A stretch of DNA of 63,716 nt, the filler included, from Limisphaerales bacterium (lineage in GTDB: Bacteria > Verrucomicrobiota > Verrucomicrobiia > Limisphaerales > SIBE01), in assembly GCA_044225505.1 (NCBI GenBank). It is 3 parts of 3 records of this genome, joined end to end, with 100 filler letters (N's around TTAATTAATTAA, not from the genome) between each part and the next. Parts side by side here need not be neighbours in the genome. Positions count along the whole stretch, not along the records: positions 1 to 22,092 come from JBGAIN010000143.1; positions 22,193 to 44,206 come from JBGAIN010000144.1; 1 more part is not named here. One strand, written 5' to 3'. Under the pieces are notes generated by a model. The model worked only from the letters and a program-made list of their open reading frames with translations, was not told the DNA's origin and searched no databases. Shown here piece by piece: positions 20,652 through 29,786 of the stretch. The translations under genes were made by a program, and so were the position numbers. The first letter of the stretch is position 1, and each line of letters opens with the position of its first letter.

Positions 20652-20775
20652 TGCCGCTGGCAACGCTGCCTTCTTCCGGATCGCATCCCGTTGACCAATC
20701 CGCTCGACGTCATCCCCAATCTTCGGTAACAATCATTTGAAACATCCCAAGAAACGAACGCGAGCCCGTATTTTT

Positions 20776-21792
20776 ATGACCTCGGCCCCCAAAACCGCCA
20801 AGACTAACCGAACCAAGGAAAGCGCCGCCAGCCGCTGGGTATCGTATCGCCCAGAGATTCGTGTTCTCGACTGCACCATTCGCGACGGTGGGTTGATGAA
20901 CAACCACCATTTTGACGACGCCCTGGTGCGGTCGGTTTACCAGGCGTGCGTCGCGGGCGGCGTCGATTACATGGAGGTCGGGTATAAAGCGTCGCGGCAA
21001 GGCATTAAGGCTGGCGAACATGGATGCTGGAAGTACTGCACAGAGGAAGACATTCGCCGCGTCGTGGGCGAGAACAAGACGAGCTTGAAGCTGGCGGTCA
21101 TGGCGGACGCCGAACGCTGCGATTACCACCAGGATATTCCACCCAAATCCCAAAGCGTCGTGGACATGATCCGGGTGGCCGCCTACATCAATCAAATCCC
21201 AACCGCGCTTGAGATGGTCAAGGACGCCCACGATAAAGGCTACGAAACGACGGTTAACCTAATGGCCGTCACGACTGTGCCAGAGCGAGAATTGAACGAA
21301 GGCCTGGAACTACTGGCCATGTCCGAAGCGCAAGCCATCTATGTCGTGGATAGCTTCGGGGCGCTTTACAGCGAACAAGTCCATTATCTCGTGCGCAAAT
21401 ATCTCCAGTATTGTAAATCCTCCGGCAAGGCGGTGGGAATGCACGCCCATAACAACCTCCAGCTTGCCTATGCCAATACTGTCGAAGCCATTATTGAAGG
21501 CGCCAATATGCTTGATGCGACGATGGCTGGATTGGGTCGCGGCGCTGGCAATTGCCCAATGGAACTGCTCATCGGGTTTCTTCACAATCCGAAATACGAT
21601 CTCCGCCCCATTCTCCAATGCGTCCAAAACGACGTCGAACCACTTCGCAAGAAATTACTCTGGGGATTTGATTTGCCCTACATGCTCACTGGGTTGCTCA
21701 ACCAACATCCCCGCGCCGCCATTCGTTTCAACGCGCTGGAAGGGAAACGCGATATCCTGGATTTCTACGATAACGTAACGCAACAGGATTAA
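20776..21792 (+). CDS. DRE-TIM metallolyase, 4-hydroxy-2-oxovalerate aldolase-like
   Basis: LDCTIRDGG, VDYMEVGY, VVDSFG, HAHNNLQLA, GLGRGAGNCPME. Confidence 0.88.
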   Translation: MTSAPKTAKTNRTKESAASRWVSYRPEIRVLDCTIRDGGLMNNHHFDDALVRSVYQACVAGGVDYMEVGYKASRQGIKAGEHGCWKYCTEEDIRRVVGENKTSLKLAVMADAERCDYHQDIPPKSQSVVDMIRVAAYINQIPTALEMVKDAHDKGYETTVNLMAVTTVPERELNEGLELLAMSEAQAIYVVDSFGALYSEQVHYLVRKYLQYCKSSGKAVGMHAHNNLQLAYANTVEAIIEGANMLDATMAGLGRGAGNCPMELLIGFLHNPKYDLRPILQCVQNDVEPLRKKLLWGFDLPYMLTGLLNQHPRAAIRFNALEGKRDILDFYDNVTQQD

Positions 21793-21988
21793 ACCGGCCG
21801 CTCAGGTAGGCGATTTCCCAGAGCGTCGTCGAGAAAACTACGCACCTCTACGGCCCGTCCACCTCGAGGAAAGGTCCCCTAAGCCAGGAATCCCGGGTCG
21901 CGGACATTCGCGCCGTGCGGTCCAATCGTTCGCAACCAGTTCGGGGCGTGCGCGATCGGCAGAAAATCGCCAGTTCTGCCAGTTTTTC

Positions 21989-22014
21989 TGTAACCCTCAG
22001 CTCTTTTTTCCGTA
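21989..22014 (+). promoter_or_regulatory. Possible ECF-sigma promoter pointing toward contig end
   Basis: TGTAAC-N16-CGTA fits the generic ECF AAC/CGT pattern. Confidence 0.3.
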
Positions 22015-22092
22015 GATAAGAGTAAGGGGCTGGTGCGGGGAGAAACGGGGATCGTGCCGGACCTCTTCGGGTTCGGGGTTGCTCCGGCCGGT

Positions 22093-22192
22093 NNNNNNNN
22101 NNNNNNNNNNNNNNNNNNNNNNNNNNNNNNNNNNNNTTAATTAATTAANNNNNNNNNNNNNNNNNNNNNNNNNNNNNNNNNNNNNNNNNNNN
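22093..22192. other. Artificial contig spacer
   Basis: N44-TTAATTAATTAA-N44 (stops in all six frames). Confidence 0.98.
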
Positions 22193-22764
22193 TGGCAGGA
22201 TCGTGTCGTTGGCGCGAGGAGCATGTCCCAGGGCTGAAGCAGGCTGCCGTCGTGGCGCGTCCGGATCCCACGGGCGCGCGTCAGATATATGCCTATGTTG
22301 TTCTAGATCCATCGAGTCGTTCGGACGTTCCGCTGCGACCATTGGTTTCTCAACGGCTCCCGAGCTATATGGTGCCTCACCAATTCCAGGTGGTGGCAAC
22401 GCTTCCTCTAACGACCCATGGCAAAGTCGATCGCAAAGCGTTGATCGCTCTCGAACCGCCCTCATCGTCCTCCGCCGCCCTGGAGACGACCGCGACTCCG
22501 CTAGCGCAGCAAATCCTGGAAATCTGGCGCACTCTCTTTCAACGCCCAGACCTCGGGCAGGACAATGATTTCTTTGCCTTGGGTGGTCATTCGCTTCTAG
22601 CAACGCGGGTGGTCTCCCGCGTGAATCAAGCGTTCGCGTGTGACCTGACCATCCAAGCGGTTTTTGATCATCCCACCGTCCGCGCCTTAGCATTGCATGT
22701 GGCTGCCGCGCCCAAATCGGGTGGGGATCGAACGATTCGTCCACGAGCACGACGAACCGGGTAG
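22193..22764 (+). CDS. NRPS C-terminal fragment (end of adenylation domain + PCP), 5' truncated by contig end
   Basis: QAAVVAR, IYAYVV, LPSYMVP, LPLTTHGKVDRKAL (A10), DNDFFALGGHSLLA (phosphopantetheine Ser). Confidence 0.92.
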
Positions 22765-22840
22765 CGTTGCCGCTTCTTTTCCGACCGGTTTCGGTTGTGA
22801 TTTGTCCCGTGCTCAGTTATCAACAACAGATTATCCCAAG

Positions 22841-23845
22841 ATGAAAACCATGATGTTTCTGGCAACGCTGGCCGCCGCAGCGTTATTCACCGGGTCTATT
22901 ACTAACGCAGCGCAATGGGCAACCTATCCGGCCAAAGCGGGGCCAGGAGGTGGCAAGCACATCGTCTTCGTCACGGGTGACGAAGAGTACCGCTCGGAAG
23001 AGGTCGGCCCGATGTTGGCCAAAATCCTGGCTGATCGCCACGGCTTCAAATGCACCGTCCTCTTCACCCTCGATCCCAAGGACGGCACGATCGATCCGAT
23101 GAACCAAACCAACCTGGTGGGCGCTAGCGTCCTGCAAGACGCCGATATGATGGTCATCTTCACCCGTTTCCGGGAACTGCCGGACGACCAAATGAAATAT
23201 ATCGTGGACTTCGTCAATTCGGGCAAACCGATCCTCGGGATCCGGACCGCCACGCACGCTTTTGACATCAAACGCAACCCCAAGAGCGCTTACGCCAAAT
23301 ATCATTGGCAAAGCAAATCGTGGCCGGGCGGTTTCGGCCAGCAAGTGCTGGGCGATACTTGGGTAAACCATCATGGCAACCATGGCAAAGAGAGCACGCG
23401 CGGTGTCATCAATGAGTCTTCCCGGAACCATCCGATCCTAAAAGGAGTTGCAGATATCTGGGGGCCCACCGACGTTTACACCATTTCCCATCTACCTAAG
23501 GACGCCCAGGTGCTCGTCTGGGGCCAGGTGCTGGAAGGAATGCATCCCACGGACAAACCTGTCACCGGCCCGAAGAACGATCCTATGATGCCTCTCATCT
23601 GGTCGCGCACTTACCATACCGAAAGTGGTCGAGACGCTCGCATCGTTTGCAGCACGATCGGCGCAGCAGTGGATCTTCAGTCCGAAGGTCTCCGGCGCAC
23701 CTTCGTGAACGCCTGTTACTGGGGGTTAGGGTTGGAATCGAAAATACCCGAGGCATCGAACGTCCAGGTTGTCGGCGAATTCAAGCCCACGTTTTTCGGC
23801 TCGGGCCAGCATGTCAAAGGAGTGAAACCGTCCGATTTGGAGTAA
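22841..23845 (+). CDS. Secreted ThuA-like (class I glutamine amidotransferase fold) protein
   Basis: Signal peptide; GDEEYRSEE, GIRTATHAF, HPILKGV, FVNACYW. Confidence 0.82.
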   Translation: MKTMMFLATLAAAALFTGSITNAAQWATYPAKAGPGGGKHIVFVTGDEEYRSEEVGPMLAKILADRHGFKCTVLFTLDPKDGTIDPMNQTNLVGASVLQDADMMVIFTRFRELPDDQMKYIVDFVNSGKPILGIRTATHAFDIKRNPKSAYAKYHWQSKSWPGGFGQQVLGDTWVNHHGNHGKESTRGVINESSRNHPILKGVADIWGPTDVYTISHLPKDAQVLVWGQVLEGMHPTDKPVTGPKNDPMMPLIWSRTYHTESGRDARIVCSTIGAAVDLQSEGLRRTFVNACYWGLGLESKIPEASNVQVVGEFKPTFFGSGQHVKGVKPSDLE

Positions 23846-23849
23846 GGTC

Positions 23850-25874
23850 ATGCGGCGCCGCAGATCTCGGGCGTTGGTTGGGCTGGCCAACGCCATTTGC
23901 CTCGTCACTGCCGCCAATGCCTTCGCCGCCTCAGCGCCGGCCCCCGATCGGATCAGTCACCAACGTTTCCACCTGCGAAGCGGTTCTGAACCCGAGTGGG
24001 ATGAATTCAAGCGCCGCACCCCCGATGGGGCTGGGCTCACCCTGCAGTTCTCGGCTCGCACCAATGCCAGTGAAGCGACTCTTTTCCTCTCCCAGGATAA
24101 CGTTAAGCAAGACTGGCGGGTGCAGCTGAATGGACGGCGGATCGGAGCGCTCTTTTTGATGGAGGCCCCTGTGGTTCATACTCTTTCCGTGCCTCCAGGA
24201 ATGCTGCGAGACGGGCAAAACGTGCTCGTGATCGATGCTCCCATCAACAATGACGACATCGAGATCGGGCCGATCCTCCTGGACCCTCGCCCCGCCAAGG
24301 TTGCTTTGACTCGAGCCTCCCTCGATGTCGATGTTGTCGACAGCGAATCCAACGCGGCTCTTCCTTCACGCGTGACCGTGTTGGACGAGAACGGAAGTCT
24401 GGCCGCCCTATACGCCGACCAGAACGTGCATTGGGCGGTTCGACCGGGGGTAGCCTACACTGGGACCGGGCAAATCCGCCTTGGGCTCCTGCCCGGTCGC
24501 TACACTATCTATGCCAATCGCGGTTTCGAATACGGAGTCGCTTCTGCCCAGGTAACGGCCGAAGTCGGCCAGACCATTCCTGTTCACCTTCGGATTCGGC
24601 GCGAGGTGCCCACCGCCGGCTGGATTTGCACAGATACCCACGTCCATACCGCGACCTATGCCAAGCATGGGGACGCCACGATCGAGGAGCGTGCCGTCAC
24701 CTTGGCCGGTGAAGGCATTGAACTTCCCATCTCCACGGAACACAATTGTCTGGTCGATCTCTCCGGCGCCGCCGCCCGGACTGGGGTGGAACAATGGTTT
24801 ACACCGGTGATCGGCGAGGAAGTCACGACAACGGTTGGCCATTTCAACATCTTCCCTATATCGCTTAACGCTACGCTCCCAGACCACAAGATCACAGACT
24901 GGCCTCGTCTTATGAGCGCGTTCCGCGCCACGCCCGGCGTGCAAGTCGTCGTGCTGAATCATCCCCGCAATATTCACAACAACTTCCAACCGTTCGCCGC
25001 TACCAATTTCAACGCTGCGACGGGGGAGAACCTGCGCGGATTCGAGTTCTCCTTCGACGCCATCGAAGTGGCGAATTCATCGGCCTTGCAATCGGATTGG
25101 AGGGCCAGTTTCAACGACTGGTTCGGATTGTTGAACTATGGCTACCGAGTCACGGCCGTAGGTTCGAGCGACGGTCACGATGTCAGCCGCTACATCGTCG
25201 GACAAGGACGCACTTACGTTCTGGCAGACGACGCCACACCAGCGCGCCTCGATATCGCGGGAGTCTGTCGAAACCTTAAAGCCGGACGTGCGTCCGTCAG
25301 CTTAGGTTTGTTTGCCGACCTCCAAGTCAACTCCCGGTTTGGCATCGGCGACCTGGCCACAAATCTCAGCCCGCAAATTCAGGTCAAAGTGACGGTCCGC
25401 GGGCCTGCCTGGGTTTCTGCCGATCGCGTGGAGTTATTTGCCAATGGCGTAAGAATCCGTGACGAACGCATTCCGCCACCTCAAATCGGGTCGACCAGTT
25501 CAGAACCCTATCGCTATGCGGCGGTTTTTGAGATCCCCCGCCCTAAACACGACATCCATCTCATCGCTCTCGCCACTGGGCCCGCGGTGCAAGCGCCTTA
25601 CTGGGCCATGGCCCGGCCTTACCAACCCAGTTCGCCACGATGGGACCCTCGGATTCTTGGATGCACCAATCCGATCTGGATTGATGCCGACCAGGACGGC
25701 CGGTTCACGTCGGCCCGCGCCTATGCGCAACGCCTCGTCGCTGCGCACCGAACCGATCGCGCAGCGCTCCAGCGAGCTTTGGCCGATTGCGACGAAGCGA
25801 TTGCGGCTCAAGTCGCTTCCCTGGAAGATGCTTCAAGGGAACGGCAAGCTGTCGCTCCCGAGCCCCAGAAATGA
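23850..25874 (+). CDS. CehA/McbA-family PHP-like metallohydrolase
   Basis: Signal peptide; RGFEY, DTHVHT, STEHN, GEEVTT..GHFN, NHPR, GSSDGH, TNPIWID. Confidence 0.85.
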   Translation: MRRRRSRALVGLANAICLVTAANAFAASAPAPDRISHQRFHLRSGSEPEWDEFKRRTPDGAGLTLQFSARTNASEATLFLSQDNVKQDWRVQLNGRRIGALFLMEAPVVHTLSVPPGMLRDGQNVLVIDAPINNDDIEIGPILLDPRPAKVALTRASLDVDVVDSESNAALPSRVTVLDENGSLAALYADQNVHWAVRPGVAYTGTGQIRLGLLPGRYTIYANRGFEYGVASAQVTAEVGQTIPVHLRIRREVPTAGWICTDTHVHTATYAKHGDATIEERAVTLAGEGIELPISTEHNCLVDLSGAAARTGVEQWFTPVIGEEVTTTVGHFNIFPISLNATLPDHKITDWPRLMSAFRATPGVQVVVLNHPRNIHNNFQPFAATNFNAATGENLRGFEFSFDAIEVANSSALQSDWRASFNDWFGLLNYGYRVTAVGSSDGHDVSRYIVGQGRTYVLADDATPARLDIAGVCRNLKAGRASVSLGLFADLQVNSRFGIGDLATNLSPQIQVKVTVRGPAWVSADRVELFANGVRIRDERIPPPQIGSTSSEPYRYAAVFEIPRPKHDIHLIALATGPAVQAPYWAMARPYQPSSPRWDPRILGCTNPIWIDADQDGRFTSARAYAQRLVAAHRTDRAALQRALADCDEAIAAQVASLEDASRERQAVAPEPQK

Positions 25875-25903
25875 ATAACGGCTTTCCTCCTCTCCTTACC
25901 TTA

Positions 25904-27736
25904 CTAGCGAGTCCCGGGACTTCCACGGCCGCGGTAACGATAATTATAGCGCCCTTCCGGAGCCACATCTCCGCTTAAGTAGAAGTCCATGACATCGCCA
26001 GGCCGCTGGAGATTGTCCGCCCATTTGAAATCGAGGCTTGGTCCCGAACCGTTGCGAGCGAGCCCGAGAGCCGAGCGGGGAACAGCCAAATGCAATTCGT
26101 TGCCCTGAACGCGGAATCTAACCGGCTCCTTTTTCTGCCATTGCCACGAACCGTCGCTCTGTTCCAACCAACTCTGGTTATCGCCGTCAACCACACGGTT
26201 CACAATAAAGTCGTATCCTGCCCATCCCGTGGCTGGGTTTTGATCCGCATCGATCAGGAGCCACATCCAGTTCGTATCCCGCGCCGACGTGAGCCGTTGG
26301 CGGCTTCGGAGGTAAAAATAGACGTTTTGATCGTCATAGGCCACTTTGCAGGCAACCAGGTCATTGCGGCCGCTGGAATTGGCGTAGTGCAAGCCCGCGG
26401 CGCCGTCAAAGTCACGCGGCATCGTCTCACCCAGATGGTCCTGGAATTCAGGCGCGACGTCTCGCCACTGATCGAAGCCGCCGTCTATGCGGATTGACAT
26501 TGGGTCCGCACTTGACGGCAAAGCGGCTGCCCCCTTGAACCGCCGAACATTGGCCACCAATTGCCAATAGTAATTGTCCCGATGCGCGCCCAGTGCCGGT
26601 TCGATATCTCGACTGAACTCCTGATCGAACTGGTCCACGAAAACCAGCGGCTCGCCAGGCTTGCCCCAGCGACCCGCGATCCATTCGTTCCACCCGGTGA
26701 CCATCACAAACGGCGGCTTGGCGTCCAAGGCTCGCTGCCATTGTTCCTGGAAGTTATAGCCGTAATTGACGGCGCCCGGAGTTGTCTCCTCCCGCCCATT
26801 GTGGAAGCTCCGGCCCCGCGCATTGCCCGCGCTCATGTTGGTCACTTTCCCGTCCTTCTGGCGAAGATTCTGGGCCACCGAGACATTGATCTGTTCCGGT
26901 CGATCGGGATCGTCGGTATATCCGTACGGCTGAGGGTATGTGGCCTCCCAATGCCACGCGTAGGGGGTGTTGGTCAACGTGAACGGCCAATGCGCGCGAC
27001 GGAGCGTGAAGAATTTCGCCACTTCAGGACTGGCCGCGGCCGGATCGCATAGCAGCAACGGTTTTCCTTCCCAACGGAACCACAGTTCCGGATAGAGCCC
27101 AGGCTTGTAAAAATCGTCGTAAAGCCGCTGCGCACTCTGGCCAGCATCCGTATTGACCATGAACGCGACCTGGGGCGTCCGCCCACCATCCTCGCGAATC
27201 GCCCGGAAAACCGCGCACAGCGCACGGTATACTTCCGGATAAGTCTGTGCATTCGTCGTGTCGAAGATCAGGGTGTCCAGCCCAGCGTCAGCCAGGGATT
27301 GCGCATGGCGCCGCAATACCCAGGGATCGGTGCTCAAATAATACCCGTAGAGCGGTTCCCCCCAATAATGATACATGCCAATCGGACCCCATAACGGCGA
27401 GTCAGGTTTCTTAACCGCGTCCGGGTCTGCGGCCAGGATCCGCCCGATATCATACGGAGCGTTCCAATGCGGGCTTTTGCCGTCGCGCTGGTTATGCCAC
27501 AGAAAATAAAAGATGCCGACGAACCGATTCGACCGGACGGGACCGACCTCCTCTGCGAGAGGCAACTTCCTTCCCAGAGCGTCGGTTGCCGGCCAGGGAA
27601 TGCCTGGATTGATGGCCGATTCGTCTGCCGCTACCGAGGGCCACCGGGTCACCCAAGGCAACAGCAGCAATGTGAACGCGGCCCTTGCAAAGCACGCGAT
27701 CCGGTGGCCGTTCACAAACATCCGGGCGTGGGTCAT
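25904..27736 (-). CDS. Secreted glycoside hydrolase-like protein (GH71/GH99-like TIM barrel + C-terminal beta domain)
   Basis: ATDALGRKLP, VGIFYFLWH, YWGEPLYGYY, FDTTN, TGWNEW, FSRDIEP; start set at ATG 27736. Confidence 0.7.
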   Translation of the reverse strand: MTHARMFVNGHRIACFARAAFTLLLLPWVTRWPSVAADESAINPGIPWPATDALGRKLPLAEEVGPVRSNRFVGIFYFLWHNQRDGKSPHWNAPYDIGRILAADPDAVKKPDSPLWGPIGMYHYWGEPLYGYYLSTDPWVLRRHAQSLADAGLDTLIFDTTNAQTYPEVYRALCAVFRAIREDGGRTPQVAFMVNTDAGQSAQRLYDDFYKPGLYPELWFRWEGKPLLLCDPAAASPEVAKFFTLRRAHWPFTLTNTPYAWHWEATYPQPYGYTDDPDRPEQINVSVAQNLRQKDGKVTNMSAGNARGRSFHNGREETTPGAVNYGYNFQEQWQRALDAKPPFVMVTGWNEWIAGRWGKPGEPLVFVDQFDQEFSRDIEPALGAHRDNYYWQLVANVRRFKGAAALPSSADPMSIRIDGGFDQWRDVAPEFQDHLGETMPRDFDGAAGLHYANSSGRNDLVACKVAYDDQNVYFYLRSRQRLTSARDTNWMWLLIDADQNPATGWAGYDFIVNRVVDGDNQSWLEQSDGSWQWQKKEPVRFRVQGNELHLAVPRSALGLARNGSGPSLDFKWADNLQRPGDVMDFYLSGDVAPEGRYNYRYRGRGSPGTR

Positions 27737-27970
27737 TCGCAGTCGAGAGTGTGATCCGAACATGCCTGCCAGCCTAAGCGTTCGCCCTGTCGATATCCAG
27801 ACTGTCGCTCCCATATCGGATCGCGGGATAAATTCTAATGCGTGTAGGAGGAATTGCATTGGGGCCGTATCTAGATTGTTAACAGTTGTCACTGCCAACC
27901 TCCCGCGCGCGCTTGATCCACCAGGACGCTGCAATCTCAGCCCCGATTGCCATCCGCCGATTTCTCCCGG

Positions 27971-28163
27971 AGGCCAACGGCCTCAACCATCGTAGGCGGG
28001 GGCAGAGCGCGCAGCGCCGCCCCCGATCACCCCTTTCCTCATGATCCTCTTCGCGCTGGATGGGCACACCACGTTGGTCTGCCCTTCCAGGCCGTCAGAT
28101 TATTTATTGAAACCCCAAACCGGGGGCGTTGCCTCCGTCTACATTGGTCAAGGCCTTCGGCCT
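27971..28163. repeat. REPIN-like long imperfect inverted repeat
   Basis: 27971-28025 (aggccaacggcctcaaccatcgtaggcgggggcag..cgcccccg) matches the reverse complement of 28121-28163 (aggccgaaggccttgaccaatgtagacggaggcaacgcccccg). Confidence 0.75.
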
Positions 28164-28220
28164 TGGATGTGATGGTTCGCGATGGGGGCGGGAAATGGGT
28201 GGCGGACGAAGGTGCGGAAG

Positions 28221-28268
28221 GATTAGGAGAAGGACTACGATTAAGATTAAGATTAAGATTAAGATTAC
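28221..28268 (+). repeat. Hexamer tandem array
   Basis: GATTAG GAGAAG GACTAC (GATTAA)x4 GATTAC in register. Confidence 0.9.
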
Positions 28269-28372
28269 GAGCGAAAGACCAAGATGGAAACGGTTGAGGA
28301 ATAGGCGAATGCGGGGTTTCCGGCTCGCCTGCACAGAAAAGCGCCAGAGGTCTCTCAGCTTTTCCCACAAAT

Positions 28373-28424
28373 AGGCTGTCCCACAAATTCCCAAATGGAC
28401 GATCTCAAAACCAGCTGGTTTTCA
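28373..28424 (+). repeat. 52-bp diverged direct repeat, copy 1, containing palindrome AAAACCAGCTGGTTTT
   Basis: Ungapped 41/52 match to 28926-28977. Confidence 0.75.
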
Positions 28425-28626
28425 TCCTGCGAGTGCTCGAGTCTGGCGACGTGTCGTCGGTGCTAGGTCATGGCCTTCGACACGACAAGAGTGAGTTCGG
28501 TTGATCTTCGTGAGCTTTGTTGCTTGCTGTTCAAGAAGCCTCGTCTGACTTCTTGTTCGCCGAGGCTGGCCGGCAGGTTGGTGAGGTTTGGCCTGCGCCT
28601 CCAGCGCGTATTCGCAAAAAGACGTC

Positions 28627-28683
28627 AACCGTGGGCGACGCTTCGCTCTGCCCACGGCTACGATGGGGTTGGGCCTTTGGCCC
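28627..28683 (-). repeat. Third copy of the REP arm seen at 27971 and 28121
   Basis: Reverse complement gggccaaaggcccaaccccatcgtagccgtgggcagagcgaagcgtcgcccacgg aligns with 27971-28025. Confidence 0.7.
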
Positions 28684-28925
28684 GGCAGCAGAGGGGTCAA
28701 ACTCCCTGTCGATCCACCTCGTTCGTTTGTTCCATTAGGCCGGCGGACGCCCCGCCGTGGCAAAGATTCCCACGGACCAATGTTAGCGTCTGAATCAGAG
28801 TGCGTTGGAGTCCAATCAGCAATGGCTGATCGGCCGATGTGCACCTCCCGTTCTTTTCGTCTCGGGCTCGTCCGGTGGAGGCTCCGGGGCCAAGCGGCAG
28901 GGAGCTTTCCTCTTTGCCGATCAGG

Positions 28926-28977
28926 AGGTTGTGCCGCTAATTCACGAAGGGACGATCGAAAAACCAGCTGTTTTCCA
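28926..28977 (+). repeat. 52-bp diverged direct repeat, copy 2
   Basis: Ungapped 41/52 match to 28373-28424. Confidence 0.75.
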
Positions 28978-29041
28978 CACTTCCAGGTCCTCAGATTGGT
29001 CTAGAGTCCATATTTATGTCCATTGTTGAGAGAGGGCTGCC

Positions 29042-29152
29042 GCACTCCAAGACGCTGCCTCGCAAGGACTAAAGTGCCTCTAAGACTCACCTACCTCACG
29101 GTCCGAGGGGGCGCCCGGGTATCTTGGAGTGCGCTAGCGCCCCTTGGGCGCT
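29042..29152. repeat. REP-like inverted pair
   Basis: GCACTCCAAGA (29042-29052) and TCTTGGAGTGC (29122-29132), followed by hairpin AGCGCCC-CTT-GGGCGCT. Confidence 0.7.
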
Positions 29153-29211
29153 TGGTCGTTCGCTCCAGCCCACTTCCTTGGCGCACTCTCGCAGTTTATG
29201 CCTTCTGCAAG

Positions 29212-29243
29212 CTGACAACAATTTGTTGACGGAGTGTGCGACA
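29212..29243 (+). repeat. Dispersed 32-bp element with palindromic CAACAAnTTGTTG core
   Basis: 26/32 identical to 38712-38743. Confidence 0.7.
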
Positions 29244-29714
29244 AATCGGGCGATTGACGCTCGGTTTGGGAACGGACCGTTCCCAAACCGAGTATCGGGT
29301 GGAGACGAAAAGTCACCAAATCACGGTCGCGCACCGACGGCTGTATCCCTTGTGACCGCATTTCCGCCTCGGCGCTCCGTCGTGGCGACTCCGTGTCCTG
29401 TCCGCAAATTGCGGACGACAGTCAGCGCGACCGATCCCAGGAATGGTTGCGTTGGGGGCTTGAGTAGATCTCGGGACAAAACGCCAGCACCTCGGGCGCA
29501 CGTCGAACGCTGCCGCGCAGACACTAAGCGCTGCACCAGACCTCGCCGTTCTGTCCGCCCATTTTGTGCCGTCGATTAAGCCGGCTGACCACCAGCGCTG
29601 GCAAAAGTTCCCAGATGTCCTCCTTAACGCCTGAATTCGCACTAGTTGCATTCCGATCAGCAATTGTTGATCGGCAGCTGCGCCGCTCCTCTTTCGAGTT
29701 CTCATCCCTAGACT

Positions 29715-29740
29715 GCGGCTAGTCCTGCGGACATAGCCGC
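29715..29740. repeat. GC-rich REP-like hairpin downstream of alkD
   Basis: GCGGCTA-GTCC-TGC-GGAC-A-TAGCCGC stem-loop; no U tract. Confidence 0.55.
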
Positions 29741-29786
29741 GCCCCCATCCCGAATTTACGGAGCGCGAAAACCGATGTCTCCATTC

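Noticed and set aside
22093..22192. TTAATTAATTAA flanked by Ns (also 44207-44306) as a biological repeat, and ORFs ending in it
   Set aside because: Identical 100-nt artificial scaffold spacer. The 'LIN' end of ORF 44251..46518 and any cross-gap gene linkage are artefacts.
27947..28394. ORFs with LRLRLR / IKIKIK / NLNLNL runs
   Set aside because: Translations of the GATTAA array in different frames; no other protein-like signal
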